Source of the DNA: Myxococcales bacterium
Lineage (GTDB): Bacteria; Myxococcota_A; UBA9042
Length of the DNA stretch: 64,000 nt
Reading direction: 5' to 3'
Assembly: GCA_037441385.1 (NCBI GenBank)
Contig: JBBISH010000012.1
Coordinates: 22,480 to 86,479 of the forward strand
Shown here: positions 46,201-56,344 of the stretch, in pieces
Position numbering within the stretch: the stretch's first letter is position 1
Layout: every line of letters begins with the position of its first letter
Translations under genes and position numbers: made by a program
Notes under the pieces: model-generated
What the model was told of the DNA's origin: nothing
Seen by the model: only the letters and a program-made list of their open reading frames with translations
Database searches by the model: none

Positions 46201-48904
46201 ATGGCTTGGCCGGGTTGGCCTATTGCACGACGCTCGCCAGGCCGCGGTCGATCAGCTGGCCTCTAGCGAGCCCTTGGGCATGCAGCGCGACCGCAGTCAA
46301 CTGTTGACAGCTGCTGTAGAATTGCGCCACGACCCCGGCTCGGAGCAAGAGCTGCTGGGCCTAGTGCGCATCTACTTGTCGCGGGCGGCGCGCGCGGACG
46401 TCGCGGCCCTCGAAACGGCGGCCTTGCTGTCGGCCCTGGGCTGGCCCCGGCAGGCCGATGCGGTGGCGCAGACGCTGGGTCCCGATGCGCCGCCGCAACT
46501 CGCGACGGTGGCAGCCAATTTTGCATGGCAGGCGGGCCGCAGGCAAGCGGCGCTGGCGACGTGGCAGCGGATTCGCGGCCAGCTCACAGTCGACGACGAG
46601 CTGCGCGAAGTCCTGAAGTCCGCAAACCTCTCCAATTTGGCCTCGCTGCGCGACCGCGGGTCCTTCGTCGCGCTATGGCGGACTTGGAGCTACCTCGAGC
46701 GCGCCGGCCAACATTCCCTGCTCCTCGCTTGGGTTGCCGAGCTGCTGCAACTCGCGCCCGACAGCGAGTTTTTGCACGCCCAACGGATCCAGTGGTTGGT
46801 GCAGTCCGGCCGGCTGGGCGACGCCAAGACGGCGCTGGCCGTGGCGCGGCAGCGTCTGCCGCGTTGGGGCAGAGAACTGGCGGCGACGGCCAACTTGCTG
46901 GCCCGCGAGGCGGGTGCGGCCAGCTTGATCGACAGCCTGCGGATCGTTTCGCCCGCCACTGCGGCAAAGTCCAACGATGGGCGGAGCGGTCCCGACGCCA
47001 CCGCCGTGACGGGCACGGTCGAGCCCCTGCGCACCAATTCCTGGTGGCTGGCCCTGCTCGTCAGCGTGGGCGATCTGCCGCCGGAAATCGTGGGCCCCAT
47101 CCAGCGCTTGCAGGCCAATCTGCCCGAGCTGCGGACGGAACTGGCCGTGCGTCTTGCGGCGATCGGGCGCGGTCCAGAGGCGATCCAGACCCTGGGCAAG
47201 CAGCCGCTGGTTTGCCAGCAAGAGCAACTTGCCCACACGGCGGCGGCGATGGCGGCGGCGCTGGTGGCTGTGCAAGGCCAGGCGCCGGCAGGTACTTTGG
47301 CGCCGTTGGCCGTCCACACGCTGCAGGGCTGGCTACAGAACGGCTACGGCGCCGATGCGGCGGTGCGTCTGGCGGTAGAGCTGACGCGTCAAGGTCATCC
47401 CGAGCTCGCGACGCTGGCCCTGAAGCAGGCGCCCGCGGCACAGTTGGCCGGCCAGCTCGACGGCCTGGAGCAGCGTCTCCTCGCGCTCGTGGCTGTGGGC
47501 AGCGACAGCGAAGTCGTAGAAGCGGCACTGGCGTTCACCAAGGGCAACCGCAGCGTCTACAACGTGGGCAGCGACGCCGAGCGCCAGGGCGAGCCGGTCG
47601 AGGCCGTGGCGCGCAGCTTTGCCGACGACGCCATGGACCTGCTCGTGGTGGCCGGGAGAAGCAGCGCAGCCGCCGCGCTGGCCCAGGCCCTGCGCGAAAG
47701 TGAGCCCAGCGTGGGCATCGCCGCCGGCATCGAGGCCGCGGCGCCGGCACCCTTGGTCGAGCGAGCGCGCGCTTGGCAACCGGCCGCGCTTGACGAACTG
47801 GGCCAACATCCAGAGAGCGCCACCCCGGCGGAGTTGCAGTCGCTGCTTGACCAGTTTGCCGCGCGGGGTCCCGACTTGGCGTGGAACATCACGAGTCTGC
47901 TGGCCAAGACGGCCGAGGAAGGCTGGCGCCTGTGGCTCGCGCTGGCCCAATCGTTCTTGGCGAGTCACGACCCTGAGCCGGCCCGGCGCGCGCTGGAACG
48001 GGCCAAGAAGTCGGGCGCCCCCGCGGCGGCCTTGGCTTGCCCGCAAACGGCGCTGGGAGAGCGGAGCACCGCCGAAATCTGTTGGCGCAATCAACATTTG
48101 GCCGACATGGAGCCCGCTGACTTGGGCGCGCTGGCTGCCCCCCTTGCCGGCGACCCATCGGGAACTTTGGCCGCCGACTTGGCCGCAGAGGCCACCACCA
48201 GCACGGCCACCGGCTTTGCCCGCGTGGTGGCCGCGTTGGCCGACCGCGTCGCCGACCTGGGCGAGACCGCGCGCAGCAACCTTGGAGGCTGGCTGACGCG
48301 GGTGCTGGACGGCATGGCGGAGCCGGTGCGGCGAATGGCCGTCTTGACCGCGATGGAGGATTTGGGCGATTTCGGCTTGGGCCACCTGGGCGTCACGGCC
48401 GCGCGCGGCATGCTGCAGCGGCACCCCAGCGGCCATAGCAGCCACAACGACTACGCGTACTCGCTGTTTCTTGCCGGGCAAGCCGGGCCCGAGGCGTTGC
48501 AGCACGGCCGGCAGGCCGAGTGGTCCACCGACGCCGAGCCGGCCATGGCCGGACTGGACACGTTGGCCGCCATCCTCGATCGCCTGGGCCAAAGCCAAGC
48601 CGCCCTCGACGTGCAGCGCCGCAGCCTCGCCTCGGGTGCGGTCGAGTGGCGGCAGGGCCGGGATGCCTCGCGCCGCGAACGGGCGAACAAGCCGCCGATG
48701 GCGCTGCCGATGGCCCGCTACGCCGAATTCTTGGTGAAGCTTGGGCAGTTCGACGAAGCTCGGCGCGTCGCGGCCCAGGCGTTGCGGCTGGCCGAGCTCG
48801 ACGAGGATCGCGAAGAGCCCAGTGCCACCAGCCGTTTGCGCAAGGTGTTGCGAACCGTACTGCGCTCGGCGGCCCCGGCCGCGCCGTCCAAGGCGGTGCC
48901 GTGA
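43295..48904 (+). CDS. Very large Ala/Leu-rich helical-repeat (TPR-like) protein, possible lipoprotein
   Basis: About 1870 aa; ATG overlaps the KamA stop; LLVALVWATCGC; C-terminal HNDYAYSL...LDTLA TPR-like motif. Confidence 0.75.
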   Translation: MRGCGVARAGATMGAGCLLPGAGGTLARFRRVGLLVALVWATCGCGAGQVAANKPAPLPAAQAIAEARRAAATQAWSEVLAIYARTTPPAPMQVELAAVRALWELHRDAEAKAAVPRLVPLLRVEHRDDVLELAHFLRSERRQPASAWAWLAPLVAGGCDVTPYSSELCREAGHTLAAMDSAAPTWGAEALRAAPQNPKRHWHWMQFVAGQAATRGPAAPPAVLAWLLTDAARQPAAMEGWWLAYGVARTLPGDDPRASWRAAVTAATTPTATLLQVANQVAWQEDRASCSELLRVATARGDQPEAPGLLAAALARQDDAEGLARLSADGAPQFTTPVAQLSLVRALLAVRQGTLAAQFLSRWGTPNAEWQALRAEAARQTGNQDAARALVASIDTAPGDRSLAWLIVGETWRRSHPGEAQHSLERAATTPGLGQRTAAALRAQWLVAGHRTAASTAAVLTYARLLEPRTALPGAGGAALAVTPAVEDARRELLAWIALPEWQEVSQAVVQGFAGAGVAPPEQLREVAVQAAQREDLDAFLAVDAQARAVADERFVALPTKGLFLQLLRRGPWLARWLQEAGTRDLDDGQLLWSGAAVLFESGFGSLAQQLLGVALARTAVGDFEPPPPQLQKLAISGAADQVLGEVARRRAAAAGKPMDPGVELLEALALLATGKPDAAAQVLDQTANRPDLPTRTLRPLLDLAAQYGLCATVRTLAPRLMAESDLYSLRAGLEQGLTCARRQGDAALARSLVKVAYGARLDANRLDSAARALVQAGFFAIALDIFPQLAQLRPPSDETLLDWAKALLASGMADQAADLLRGAQTNGRQVARLWRHAWNLFENYGEPVLAVEFARKTLAFEPDAPSVRSRLIAMLLRLDQRAAAASELAILAESGMDDRDAVTILTFARRARAQRPLLEVLVARTNLDRDSAWLRGELAADLSDRAAVQSTLQQLRSKNTSPPPEAVQWLGRVGLLHDARQAAVDQLASSEPLGMQRDRSQLLTAAVELRHDPGSEQELLGLVRIYLSRAARADVAALETAALLSALGWPRQADAVAQTLGPDAPPQLATVAANFAWQAGRRQAALATWQRIRGQLTVDDELREVLKSANLSNLASLRDRGSFVALWRTWSYLERAGQHSLLLAWVAELLQLAPDSEFLHAQRIQWLVQSGRLGDAKTALAVARQRLPRWGRELAATANLLAREAGAASLIDSLRIVSPATAAKSNDGRSGPDATAVTGTVEPLRTNSWWLALLVSVGDLPPEIVGPIQRLQANLPELRTELAVRLAAIGRGPEAIQTLGKQPLVCQQEQLAHTAAAMAAALVAVQGQAPAGTLAPLAVHTLQGWLQNGYGADAAVRLAVELTRQGHPELATLALKQAPAAQLAGQLDGLEQRLLALVAVGSDSEVVEAALAFTKGNRSVYNVGSDAERQGEPVEAVARSFADDAMDLLVVAGRSSAAAALAQALRESEPSVGIAAGIEAAAPAPLVERARAWQPAALDELGQHPESATPAELQSLLDQFAARGPDLAWNITSLLAKTAEEGWRLWLALAQSFLASHDPEPARRALERAKKSGAPAAALACPQTALGERSTAEICWRNQHLADMEPADLGALAAPLAGDPSGTLAADLAAEATTSTATGFARVVAALADRVADLGETARSNLGGWLTRVLDGMAEPVRRMAVLTAMEDLGDFGLGHLGVTAARGMLQRHPSGHSSHNDYAYSLFLAGQAGPEALQHGRQAEWSTDAEPAMAGLDTLAAILDRLGQSQAALDVQRRSLASGAVEWRQGRDASRRERANKPPMALPMARYAEFLVKLGQFDEARRVAAQALRLAELDEDREEPSATSRLRKVLRTVLRSAAPAAPSKAVP

Positions 48905-49638
48905 GCGACCCTGCCGCCAAGCCGGGCGTCGCCAAGCCCGCCGCAATGGCCAGCAAGTCGCCGTGGCCTGGGCGTATTTGGCGGTTGGTGCGCTGGTCGC
49001 TCTTGGCGCTGCTCGTCGTGCCGCCCCTGCAAGCCGCCCTATTGCGTTGGGTCGATCCGCCGGTGACGGAGACGATGCTGGCGCGCTCGGTCCACCATTG
49101 GCGCGAGACCGGCGAGTGGCAGCTGCCCGACTACCGCTGGGTGGACCTGGACGATCTGCCGCGCGCGGTGCCGACGGCGGTTTTGTCTAGCGAAGATCGC
49201 TCGTTCTTTGCCCATCACGGCTTTGACGTGCGTTCGATTCGCCGCGCTTGGGCCCGCTACCAGACCCACAGCAGCGGGGCGATCGTGGGCGGCAGCACGG
49301 TGTCGCAGCAGGTGGCGCGCAACGTGTTCCTGTGGCAGCACCGCTCGTGGCTGCGCAAGGGCCTGGAGGCCTGGTACACGATCTGGCTGGAAGCCTTCGT
49401 GCCCAAGAAGCGCATTCTAGAAGTCTACGTGAACATTGCCGAAATGGGCCCAATGACCTTTGGCGTACAGGCCGCAGCGGACCTGTGGTTTCACAAGCCC
49501 GCCGCCAAGCTGCGCCTGGGCGAGGCTGCGCTCATCACCGGGCTGCTACCCAACCCGCGCGAGTGGTCGCCCAAGACGCCGCACGTGCGCCGCCGCGCCG
49601 CTTGGATCGAACGGGCACCGATCAGCTATCCCAAATAA
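48901..49638 (+). CDS. mtgA: Monofunctional peptidoglycan transglycosylase
   Basis: SEDRSFFAHHGFD, GGSTVSQQVARNVFL, RKGLE, KKRILEVYVN. Confidence 0.92.
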   Translation: MSDPAAKPGVAKPAAMASKSPWPGRIWRLVRWSLLALLVVPPLQAALLRWVDPPVTETMLARSVHHWRETGEWQLPDYRWVDLDDLPRAVPTAVLSSEDRSFFAHHGFDVRSIRRAWARYQTHSSGAIVGGSTVSQQVARNVFLWQHRSWLRKGLEAWYTIWLEAFVPKKRILEVYVNIAEMGPMTFGVQAAADLWFHKPAAKLRLGEAALITGLLPNPREWSPKTPHVRRRAAWIERAPISYPK

Positions 49639-49644
49639 TTCAGA

Positions 49645-50568
49645 CTACTTGGCCCGCGCCGGCAGCCGCTCGGGATCGGGCGTCGGCGTCGGCTCGGCGA
49701 TGGCGTCGCGGTCCTGCTTCAGCGCCCGCACGATCAGGAACAGACCGAACAACACCAGGGGAACGCTCAGGTATTGCCCGGTAGTGGGGTGCCCCAGCAC
49801 GCCGTCGATCGACTGCAGGAAGCCGTCCGTCCGCAACTGCTCGTCTTGGTATTCCTTGAAGTTTTCGACAAAGATGCGCAACCCAAAGTACATCGACAAG
49901 AAAATGCCGGCGAGCAAGCCCGAGCCCGAGCGGCGAATGTTCTTCTTCTCCACGTACATCAGCACCACATACGTGGCCACGCCCATGAGGAATTCGTAGA
50001 GCTGGCTGGGGTGGCGCGGCATGCACTGCTGCAGGGTACAAGCCGCGTCCGGCGGGCACAGGCGCTCCAGCCGGCAGTAGCGCACGAATTGCACCGCCCA
50101 CGGCACGTCGCTCACGCGCCCGACGATCTCACTGTTGAAGAAGTTGCCCAAGCGTACCCCGCCCGCCGCGATGGCGATGGCCGGCGCCAGGTAATCCCCC
50201 ACGCGCGCCCAGGTTTTCTTGTGTTTGCGCGAAAACAGCCACAGGGCGGTGATGAGGCCGACGGTAGCGCCGTGCGAGGCCAGGCCGCCCTTCCAGAACT
50301 TGATGATCTCGACCGGGTTGGCCAGGTAGGTCTTGTATTCGTAAAAGAACACGTGGCCCAGCCGCGCGCCGCCGACGATGGCGACCACGCCCCACCACAG
50401 AAATTGCTCGGCAAAATCAACGCTCTCGCCGTTCTTGAGCGCCTGGCGCCGCCAAACGTAGAAGCCCGTATAGATGGTCAGGGCGAACAACACGCCGTAG
50501 TAGCGGATCTGCAGGGGCCCCAGGGGCAGCAGCACCGGATCCAGGTCCCAGTTCAAGAAGGCCAGCAT
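49645..50568 (-). CDS. lgt: Prolipoprotein diacylglyceryl transferase
   Basis: IRYYG, GARLGHV, GGLASHG, RLGNFFNSEIVG, RHPSQLYE. Confidence 0.95.
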   Translation of the reverse strand: MLAFLNWDLDPVLLPLGPLQIRYYGVLFALTIYTGFYVWRRQALKNGESVDFAEQFLWWGVVAIVGGARLGHVFFYEYKTYLANPVEIIKFWKGGLASHGATVGLITALWLFSRKHKKTWARVGDYLAPAIAIAAGGVRLGNFFNSEIVGRVSDVPWAVQFVRYCRLERLCPPDAACTLQQCMPRHPSQLYEFLMGVATYVVLMYVEKKNIRRSGSGLLAGIFLSMYFGLRIFVENFKEYQDEQLRTDGFLQSIDGVLGHPTTGQYLSVPLVLFGLFLIVRALKQDRDAIAEPTPTPDPERLPARAK

Positions 50569-50617
50569 CGTCGTCCTGTGGGCCGGTCGCCCGTGGTCGG
50601 GGAAAAAGGGTGCGACG

Positions 50618-52006
50618 CTATGCGCGCCCGCTGTAGAACACCTGCATCACGTCGATCATGCCCTGCAAATCGCGCGCGCCCAAAGTTTCTGCCGCCGAGT
50701 GCATGGCCCACATGGGGCAGCCCACGTCGACCACCCGCGCCGCTAGCTGGCCGGCGGTGATGGGCCCGATGGTGGTACCGCAGGCCATGTCCTGACGCAC
50801 CACAAAGTCCTGCACTTGCACGCCGGCCGCCTCGCACAAGGCGACAAAAGTGGTCGCCGTCTCGCCGCTGGTGGCGTAGCGATCGCTGGCATTGGCTTTG
50901 ACCACCACGCCGGCGTTGATGCGCGGCGCGTGCTGTTTGTCGTGCACGTCCGGGTAGTTGGGGTGCAGCGCGTGGGCCATGTCGGCGCTGATGCAGAAGC
51001 TCTGATTCAGGGACTGCAGCGCGTCGTCGCCGGCACCGGTCGCCGGATGCCGCGCCGCCACCCGCACCAGCACATCGCGCAAGAAGCTGGAAGCCGCGCC
51101 CGAGCTGGTCAGCGATCCCGTCTCTTCCGCGTCAAAGAACGCCGCCACGCGGGTGCGCACGGGCTCAGGATCGCGCGCGATTGAGGTCAACAGGGCCTGC
51201 AACCCGGCATACACCATGGCCAAATCGTCGTGCCGCGCGCCCAGCACCAGCGAGCCATCCACGCCGACCCGCTGCGGCGCGGCCCACGGCACCAGGTGCA
51301 GATCGAAGCCGTCGATCGACTCGAAATCCACGCCCGACCTGGCCGCCAACTGCGCCAGCGCCTTGGGGATCTCGTCGCCAGTGCCAAATATCGCGTTCAG
51401 CTGCGTCTGCGGGTTGATCGCGCCCTTGTCGTTCTTTTCGCGGTCCAAGTGGATCGCCAGATCGGGAATGACCGCCAGCGGTTCGGCCACGTGCACCAGC
51501 CGCCGCGTCACCACCGGCAGCCCATTCAGCTCGTGGAAACGCGGCTTGCCCTGGCGATCGCGCAGCGTCTGATACACCGCTCCAGCCAGGGCCAGCGGCC
51601 GATCCAACCACGATCGCCGAATCAGGCCGCCATGGAACTGGGTCTGCCACTGCACCACACCCGCCGATTGCGCCAGCGGATTCAGGCGCAAGCGCAGATC
51701 CGGGCTGTCGGTGTGGGCGCCCACGATCGCGTAGCCGGTGTGGACCGGCGATCGTTCGCCAATCACCAGCGCGATCACGGACTTGCCGTCGGGATGCACC
51801 ACGAAGATGCGGTCGCCGGGCGCCACGGTCAGCGCTTGCGCCAGCGATCGCTCCGCGAACCCCGCGGCGGTCAGGCGCGCCACGGTCTGGGCGACCGCAT
51901 GAAAAGGCGTGGGGCTGGCACCCAGCCAGGCAATGTAGTCGTCTGCCGCGTCGCCCGGCGCAGGCGACGTCGACTTGCTGGCTTTGCGGGCAGTGGCCGC
52001 CATCAT
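50618..52006 (-). CDS. M18 family aminopeptidase
   Basis: SPTPFHAV, GAHTDSP, WLDRPL, AIHL, DAEETGS, SADMAHALHPNY, CGTTIGP, AMHS. Confidence 0.92.
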   Translation of the reverse strand: MMAATARKASKSTSPAPGDAADDYIAWLGASPTPFHAVAQTVARLTAAGFAERSLAQALTVAPGDRIFVVHPDGKSVIALVIGERSPVHTGYAIVGAHTDSPDLRLRLNPLAQSAGVVQWQTQFHGGLIRRSWLDRPLALAGAVYQTLRDRQGKPRFHELNGLPVVTRRLVHVAEPLAVIPDLAIHLDREKNDKGAINPQTQLNAIFGTGDEIPKALAQLAARSGVDFESIDGFDLHLVPWAAPQRVGVDGSLVLGARHDDLAMVYAGLQALLTSIARDPEPVRTRVAAFFDAEETGSLTSSGAASSFLRDVLVRVAARHPATGAGDDALQSLNQSFCISADMAHALHPNYPDVHDKQHAPRINAGVVVKANASDRYATSGETATTFVALCEAAGVQVQDFVVRQDMACGTTIGPITAGQLAARVVDVGCPMWAMHSAAETLGARDLQGMIDVMQVFYSGRA

Positions 52007-52144
52007 GGAGCCCTCCATAGCAGGGTGGGCCGCACGGAGTACACCTGGCAGCGCGAACGGAGCAGCGCAGGGCTATGGCCGGCCCATCGAGTACGCGAGC
52101 AGCGAATCCCGTAAGATTAGCGCAGGATTCGCTGGCGAGGTGGC

Positions 52145-52402
52145 CTACTCGAAGATGGTCTCGGGACCCACGGCGACGATGTCGATGCCGTTCTTCTGGC
52201 AGAAGGGCACAAAGCCCAGCTTGGCGATGCTGCGCAGGGCGCGGGTCGACAGACGCACGCGGACGTACTGCGACAGCTCGGGGACCCACAGGCGCTTGTA
52301 CTGCAGGTTGGGCAGCTGGCGCATCTTGGTCCGGATGTTCGAGTGGCTGACGCGGTTGCCGACCATGGGGCCCTTGCCAGTGATGGTGCAGATGCGAGAC
52401 AT
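52145..52402 (-). CDS. rpmB: 50S ribosomal protein L28
   Basis: MSRICTITGKGPMVGNRVSHSNIRTK...PNLQ. Confidence 0.95.
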   Translation of the reverse strand: MSRICTITGKGPMVGNRVSHSNIRTKMRQLPNLQYKRLWVPELSQYVRVRLSTRALRSIAKLGFVPFCQKNGIDIVAVGPETIFE

Positions 52403-52599
52403 GGAGTACTCCGTTTAAGCGAGAATCACACAAGAATTCGGCGGTCGGCTTGACCACGGGCTGCGCCGATGCGGGCGCAGGGGGCAATAGTGTATGGGCG
52501 CCGCCACGTTACTGTCAAGGTTGAATGCGCGGCCGACGTGCACACAGGGTCTTGCGAAACGCCGCGGAACAGCAGATCCTGTGGGGACTGGAGGCCTGC

Positions 52600-53331
52600 A
52601 TGCGCGCTACCGCTCGTCACCCCTTCGCCGGCAAGTTCGTCAGCTTGGTCGCCCTGCTCAGCTTGGCTGCCTCCGGCGTCGCCGGTCCGCTCGCCAGCAG
52701 CGCTTGGGCCGCGCCCAAGAAGCAGAAATTCGCCGAAGGCAAGGCCGGTATCACCATCTCGTCGATGACCAAGGGCGCCAAGGTCCTCATCGACGACAAG
52801 CTGGTCGGCGAAGTGCCACTGCCCGGACCGATCGAGGTCGACGCCAACGCCCGCCACACGGTGCAGGTGCAAAAGCGCGGCTATTCTCCGTACATCGACA
52901 CGGTGCTGCCGTCGAACGGCCAGCTCATCGAGGTCGAGGCGGACTTGGTCGCGACCGGCGGCATCGTTCGGGTGACCAGCCGCAACCCCGCGCTGAAACT
53001 GCAGCTTTTGGTCGATGGCCGCGTCGCCGGCTTTACTCCGTTTGACGGCGACGTGCCACCCGGCGCGCACACCCTAGAAGCGCGTGCCACCGGCTACCTG
53101 CCCGAGACGCGCGCGGTCGACATCAAGGCCGGGCAAGAGTTCTCGTTCGACTTCGAATTGAAGCTCGTCCCCGAACCCATCATCAAAGAAGACAAGAGCC
53201 TGTTGTCGCGCTGGTGGTTCTGGACGGCGATCGGCGTAGTGGTGGTCGGCGGGGTGGCCGGCGGCGTGGTCGGCTCGCAAGACACCCACGTGCAGCCCAA
53301 AGCGCCGGACCACGTGCTGCCCCTTCAGTAA
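52600..53331 (+). CDS. PEGA domain protein
   Basis: Signal peptide, two PEGA-like repeats (GAKVLIDD; VDGRVAGFTP...PGAHTLE), RWWFWTAIG membrane anchor. Confidence 0.85.
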   Translation: MRATARHPFAGKFVSLVALLSLAASGVAGPLASSAWAAPKKQKFAEGKAGITISSMTKGAKVLIDDKLVGEVPLPGPIEVDANARHTVQVQKRGYSPYIDTVLPSNGQLIEVEADLVATGGIVRVTSRNPALKLQLLVDGRVAGFTPFDGDVPPGAHTLEARATGYLPETRAVDIKAGQEFSFDFELKLVPEPIIKEDKSLLSRWWFWTAIGVVVVGGVAGGVVGSQDTHVQPKAPDHVLPLQ

Positions 53332-53394
53332 ACAGAGCCGCCCATTCAGTAAACAGAGCCGCCCCTTCAGTAAACAGAGCCGCCCAATCAGTAA
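53319..53394. repeat. 21-bp tandem repeat x3.6 overlapping the PEGA stop codon
   Basis: GCCC(C/A)TTCAGTAAACAGAGCC units at 53319, 53340, 53361, partial at 53382. Confidence 0.88.
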
Positions 53395-53442
53395 CCGAAA
53401 GTGCAGTAGTCGCTCCTGATCTTTCGCAACGATTTTGGGCGA

Positions 53443-54810
53443 CTACGCGACCGCGTGGTGCTCGCCGGTCCGTTCGCGGCGCACACCGATCTTGACCACG
53501 TGAGTGTCGTCGGCTTCCAGGACCTCAAAGGTCAGGTCGTTCCAACCCACGGTCGCGCCATTCTCGGGCACGCGGCCAAAGAGCTCGATGACAAAGCCAC
53601 CCACGGTGGTCGCCGTCGTACTCTCGGGGAATTCCACGTCGACTTTCTCTGCCAATTCACGCAGTTCCGTTGAAGCCTCCAGCGTCCAGGTGCTGGCCGA
53701 CACTTGCTCGATCTCGGGCTCGGGGTCGTCGTACTCGTCGCGAATGTCGCCGACCAACTCTTCGATGACGTCTTCCAGCGTCAGCACACCGGCGGTCCCA
53801 CCGTGTTCGTCGACGACGATGGCCATGTGCACGCTTTTCTTCTGGAACGCCTTCAGCGCGTCCGAGGCCTTGATGCCATCCGGCAAAAAGATCGGCTCGT
53901 GGATGTGGTCGGCCAAGACAAACGGCCGCGCCACCTCGGTATGCAAGTGCAGCAGATCCTTGGCAAAGAACACGCCCGCAATCCGATCGGGCGTCTTGTC
54001 GTACACGGGATAGCGCGAGTAGCGGCTGGTCTGCACCTCGGCCACCACCTGATCCAGCGTAGCGTCCAGCGGCAGCGCCACCATCTGCGTGCGCGGCGTC
54101 ATGATGGCCCGCACCGCCCGCTGCTTCAGGTTGAACACGGCCTGCAGCATGTCGCCCTGCTCTTCGCCGATCGAGCCGGTCTCCGAGCCGATGCGCACCA
54201 TGTCTTCGATTTGTTCCTCGGTCACTTCCATCGGGTTGGCGTGGGCCTTGCCGCCCAGCGCGCGCACGATGTGCATGGCGAACCAGATCATGCCGCGGGT
54301 CAGCCAGCCGGTGACGAGGTGGAACCACCACACCACGTGCATGAGCGGCAAGAACCACTCGGGGTGCATCTTGGCCAGCGTCTTGGGAGCGATCTCGCCA
54401 GCAATAAGGATGAGCGCGCCCAGCCCGGTCACCGCCAGCGCCACCAGCCAATCGGTCAGATTGTGATCCCAGTGGTAGTGCTCGCTCAGGCTCAGCATCA
54501 GCGAGGTGGTCACCGACGAGGCGGCCACGCTCGCCAGCGTGTTGCCCGCCAGCAGCGTGGTCAGCACGCGCGACGGATCGGTGAGCCACAGGCGCAACCA
54601 CCCATCGGGACCACGGCCGGTTTCCAGGATTTTGCGCACCCGGAGCTCGCCCATCGCGGTGATGGCCGTCTCGGTGCCGGCAAAGACAAAGCAGCCCACG
54701 AGCGCCAGGGCGAGCGACAAGCCTGCGAGAATGAACCCCTCGTGCGCTTGGTTCGGTGCGGCGCTAGCAGCCTGAACTGCTGTCGCCGCCAGGGTAGGGC
54801 TTGGGTCCAC
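53443..54810 (-). CDS. Hemolysin-family/CNNM protein (DUF21 + CBS pair + CorC)
   Basis: FAGTETA, GEIAPKTLA, IMTPR, YSRYPV, VDEHGGTAGVLTLEDVIEELVGDIRDEYD; start uncertain. Confidence 0.92.
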   Translation of the reverse strand: MDPSPTLAATAVQAASAAPNQAHEGFILAGLSLALALVGCFVFAGTETAITAMGELRVRKILETGRGPDGWLRLWLTDPSRVLTTLLAGNTLASVAASSVTTSLMLSLSEHYHWDHNLTDWLVALAVTGLGALILIAGEIAPKTLAKMHPEWFLPLMHVVWWFHLVTGWLTRGMIWFAMHIVRALGGKAHANPMEVTEEQIEDMVRIGSETGSIGEEQGDMLQAVFNLKQRAVRAIMTPRTQMVALPLDATLDQVVAEVQTSRYSRYPVYDKTPDRIAGVFFAKDLLHLHTEVARPFVLADHIHEPIFLPDGIKASDALKAFQKKSVHMAIVVDEHGGTAGVLTLEDVIEELVGDIRDEYDDPEPEIEQVSASTWTLEASTELRELAEKVDVEFPESTTATTVGGFVIELFGRVPENGATVGWNDLTFEVLEADDTHVVKIGVRRERTGEHHAVA

Positions 54811-54951
54811 TGAGTCTTTGCGCCAGTCGGGCGTGCGCCGCGAGGATGCGTCGTGCCTTGACGCTACCATGCGACGAAACGCAAATCAACCAAGCAGTGC
54901 AAGGATAACGGGAACCTGCGCGTCAAGCGCCCAGTGGCGAGCCGTCAAAGC

Positions 54952-55428
54952 CTAGTTCGACACGGCCGAGCAAACCTTGACGCCGCTTTGGAATTTGCCG
55001 CTCACGCCGGCGACACAGTAGGGCAGTTCGGGGTTCCAGGCCTTGCAGTCAGCGGCGCTGGTGCAGTAGCGGGCACATTCGCTGCCGGCGCCGGTGGGCG
55101 CCTTGATGCACTTGAACTCGACCACGGCGTTGCCGCTGGCATCGGTCACGTTCTCGTTGGCGCACACGCTGGCGCTGCCGCCGCACGAGCACTGCTTGGT
55201 GCAGACGCCTTTGGTCACTGCCGCGCCGCCCAGCTGCAGAGCCGCCTTGGTGCAGGTGCCGTACTTGCATTCGGCGTTGCTGGTGCAGGCCTCGCCGTGG
55301 AGCTTGCCGGCGGCGTTGCTGATGACGGGGGTCGAGTACTGGCAGTTGGTCAGGTCCGGGGTGGTCGAGCCGGTGGCGCAGCCGGCGCTGACAAGGATCG
55401 TCAAGCCGAGTAGCAGATTCTTCAACAT
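54952..55428 (-). CDS. Cys-rich lipoprotein
   Basis: LVSAGC lipobox; [10 protein letters not shown] and [11 protein letters not shown] repeats. Confidence 0.8.
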   Translation of the reverse strand: MLKNLLLGLTILVSAGCATGSTTPDLTNCQYSTPVISNAAGKLHGEACTSNAECKYGTCTKAALQLGGAAVTKGVCTKQCSCGGSASVCANENVTDASGNAVVEFKCIKAPTGAGSECARYCTSAADCKAWNPELPYCVAGVSGKFQSGVKVCSAVSN

Positions 55429-55450
55429 GGCAGCTCCTGGTGGCGCTGGT

Positions 55451-56344
55451 TCAGATCTCGCTGCCGCGCAGGGCCGCGTCGCGCAGCTGGTAGTAGATCT
55501 TCAAGACCTTGCGCACATAGTCGTCGGTCGCGGCAAAGGGCGTGGCGTCGCGGCTGGCCACCCGCATCGAGCCGGCGTGGTAGCCGCTGAGGACTTTGAC
55601 CAAATCGCCCTCGAACTTGTTCGCGAGCACCCGCAAGAACCGCGCGCCGCCCATGATGTTTTGCGCCGGGTCGTGCACGTCGTCCACGCCCAGGGCCTTG
55701 GCGGTTGCCGGCAGCAGTTGCATCAACCCAATGGCGCCCTTGTTGCTCTGCACGTTGGGGTTGCCGCCGCTCTCGACCATCATGACGGCGCGCACCAAGT
55801 GCACCGGAAGGTGGTAGCGCGCAGCCGCCTGGGCCAGCTCCACGGCATAGGGCCCGTCGTCGGGCAGATTGCTCAGGTCGTTTTTGGCCGGCGGCGGGTC
55901 GTCGCGGGCGGGGGCCGGGTTGTGGTCGGCGGGCTGGGCCGGCGCCGGCGTGGGCGAGCGCTTGCCCCAGGCATCGCGGCGTGCGGCCGGGGCTGCGGCA
56001 GACGGCTGGGGTGCCGCCGGGGCAGAATAGCCAGGGGAATTCGACAGGACCGTGGTGCCGCCACCGCCCGCTGCCGGGGCCGCGCCACCGCGCCAATTGC
56101 AGCCCGGCGGAACGCTGTGCACGGGCATGATCTTGCAGTGCTTTGCAATGTAGGCGTCGCTCTTGCCCCAACTGCGCAAGGAGGCCAGGTCCGCCAGGTC
56201 AGGCGCCTCGTCAGAGCGCCGCCCCGGGGGAGTGCAGTCGAACATGGCGTACGTGCACGCGGCTTCTCCAGGGATCGCGGTGAGCAAGGTCACGGCGACG
56301 GCGGCCAAGATGGATGTCTTGAAGTGAATCGACCAGTTCAACAT
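55451..56344 (-). CDS. Lytic transglycosylase (SLT domain)
   Basis: [39 protein letters not shown]. Confidence 0.9.
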   Translation of the reverse strand: MLNWSIHFKTSILAAVAVTLLTAIPGEAACTYAMFDCTPPGRRSDEAPDLADLASLRSWGKSDAYIAKHCKIMPVHSVPPGCNWRGGAAPAAGGGGTTVLSNSPGYSAPAAPQPSAAAPAARRDAWGKRSPTPAPAQPADHNPAPARDDPPPAKNDLSNLPDDGPYAVELAQAAARYHLPVHLVRAVMMVESGGNPNVQSNKGAIGLMQLLPATAKALGVDDVHDPAQNIMGGARFLRVLANKFEGDLVKVLSGYHAGSMRVASRDATPFAATDDYVRKVLKIYYQLRDAALRGSEI

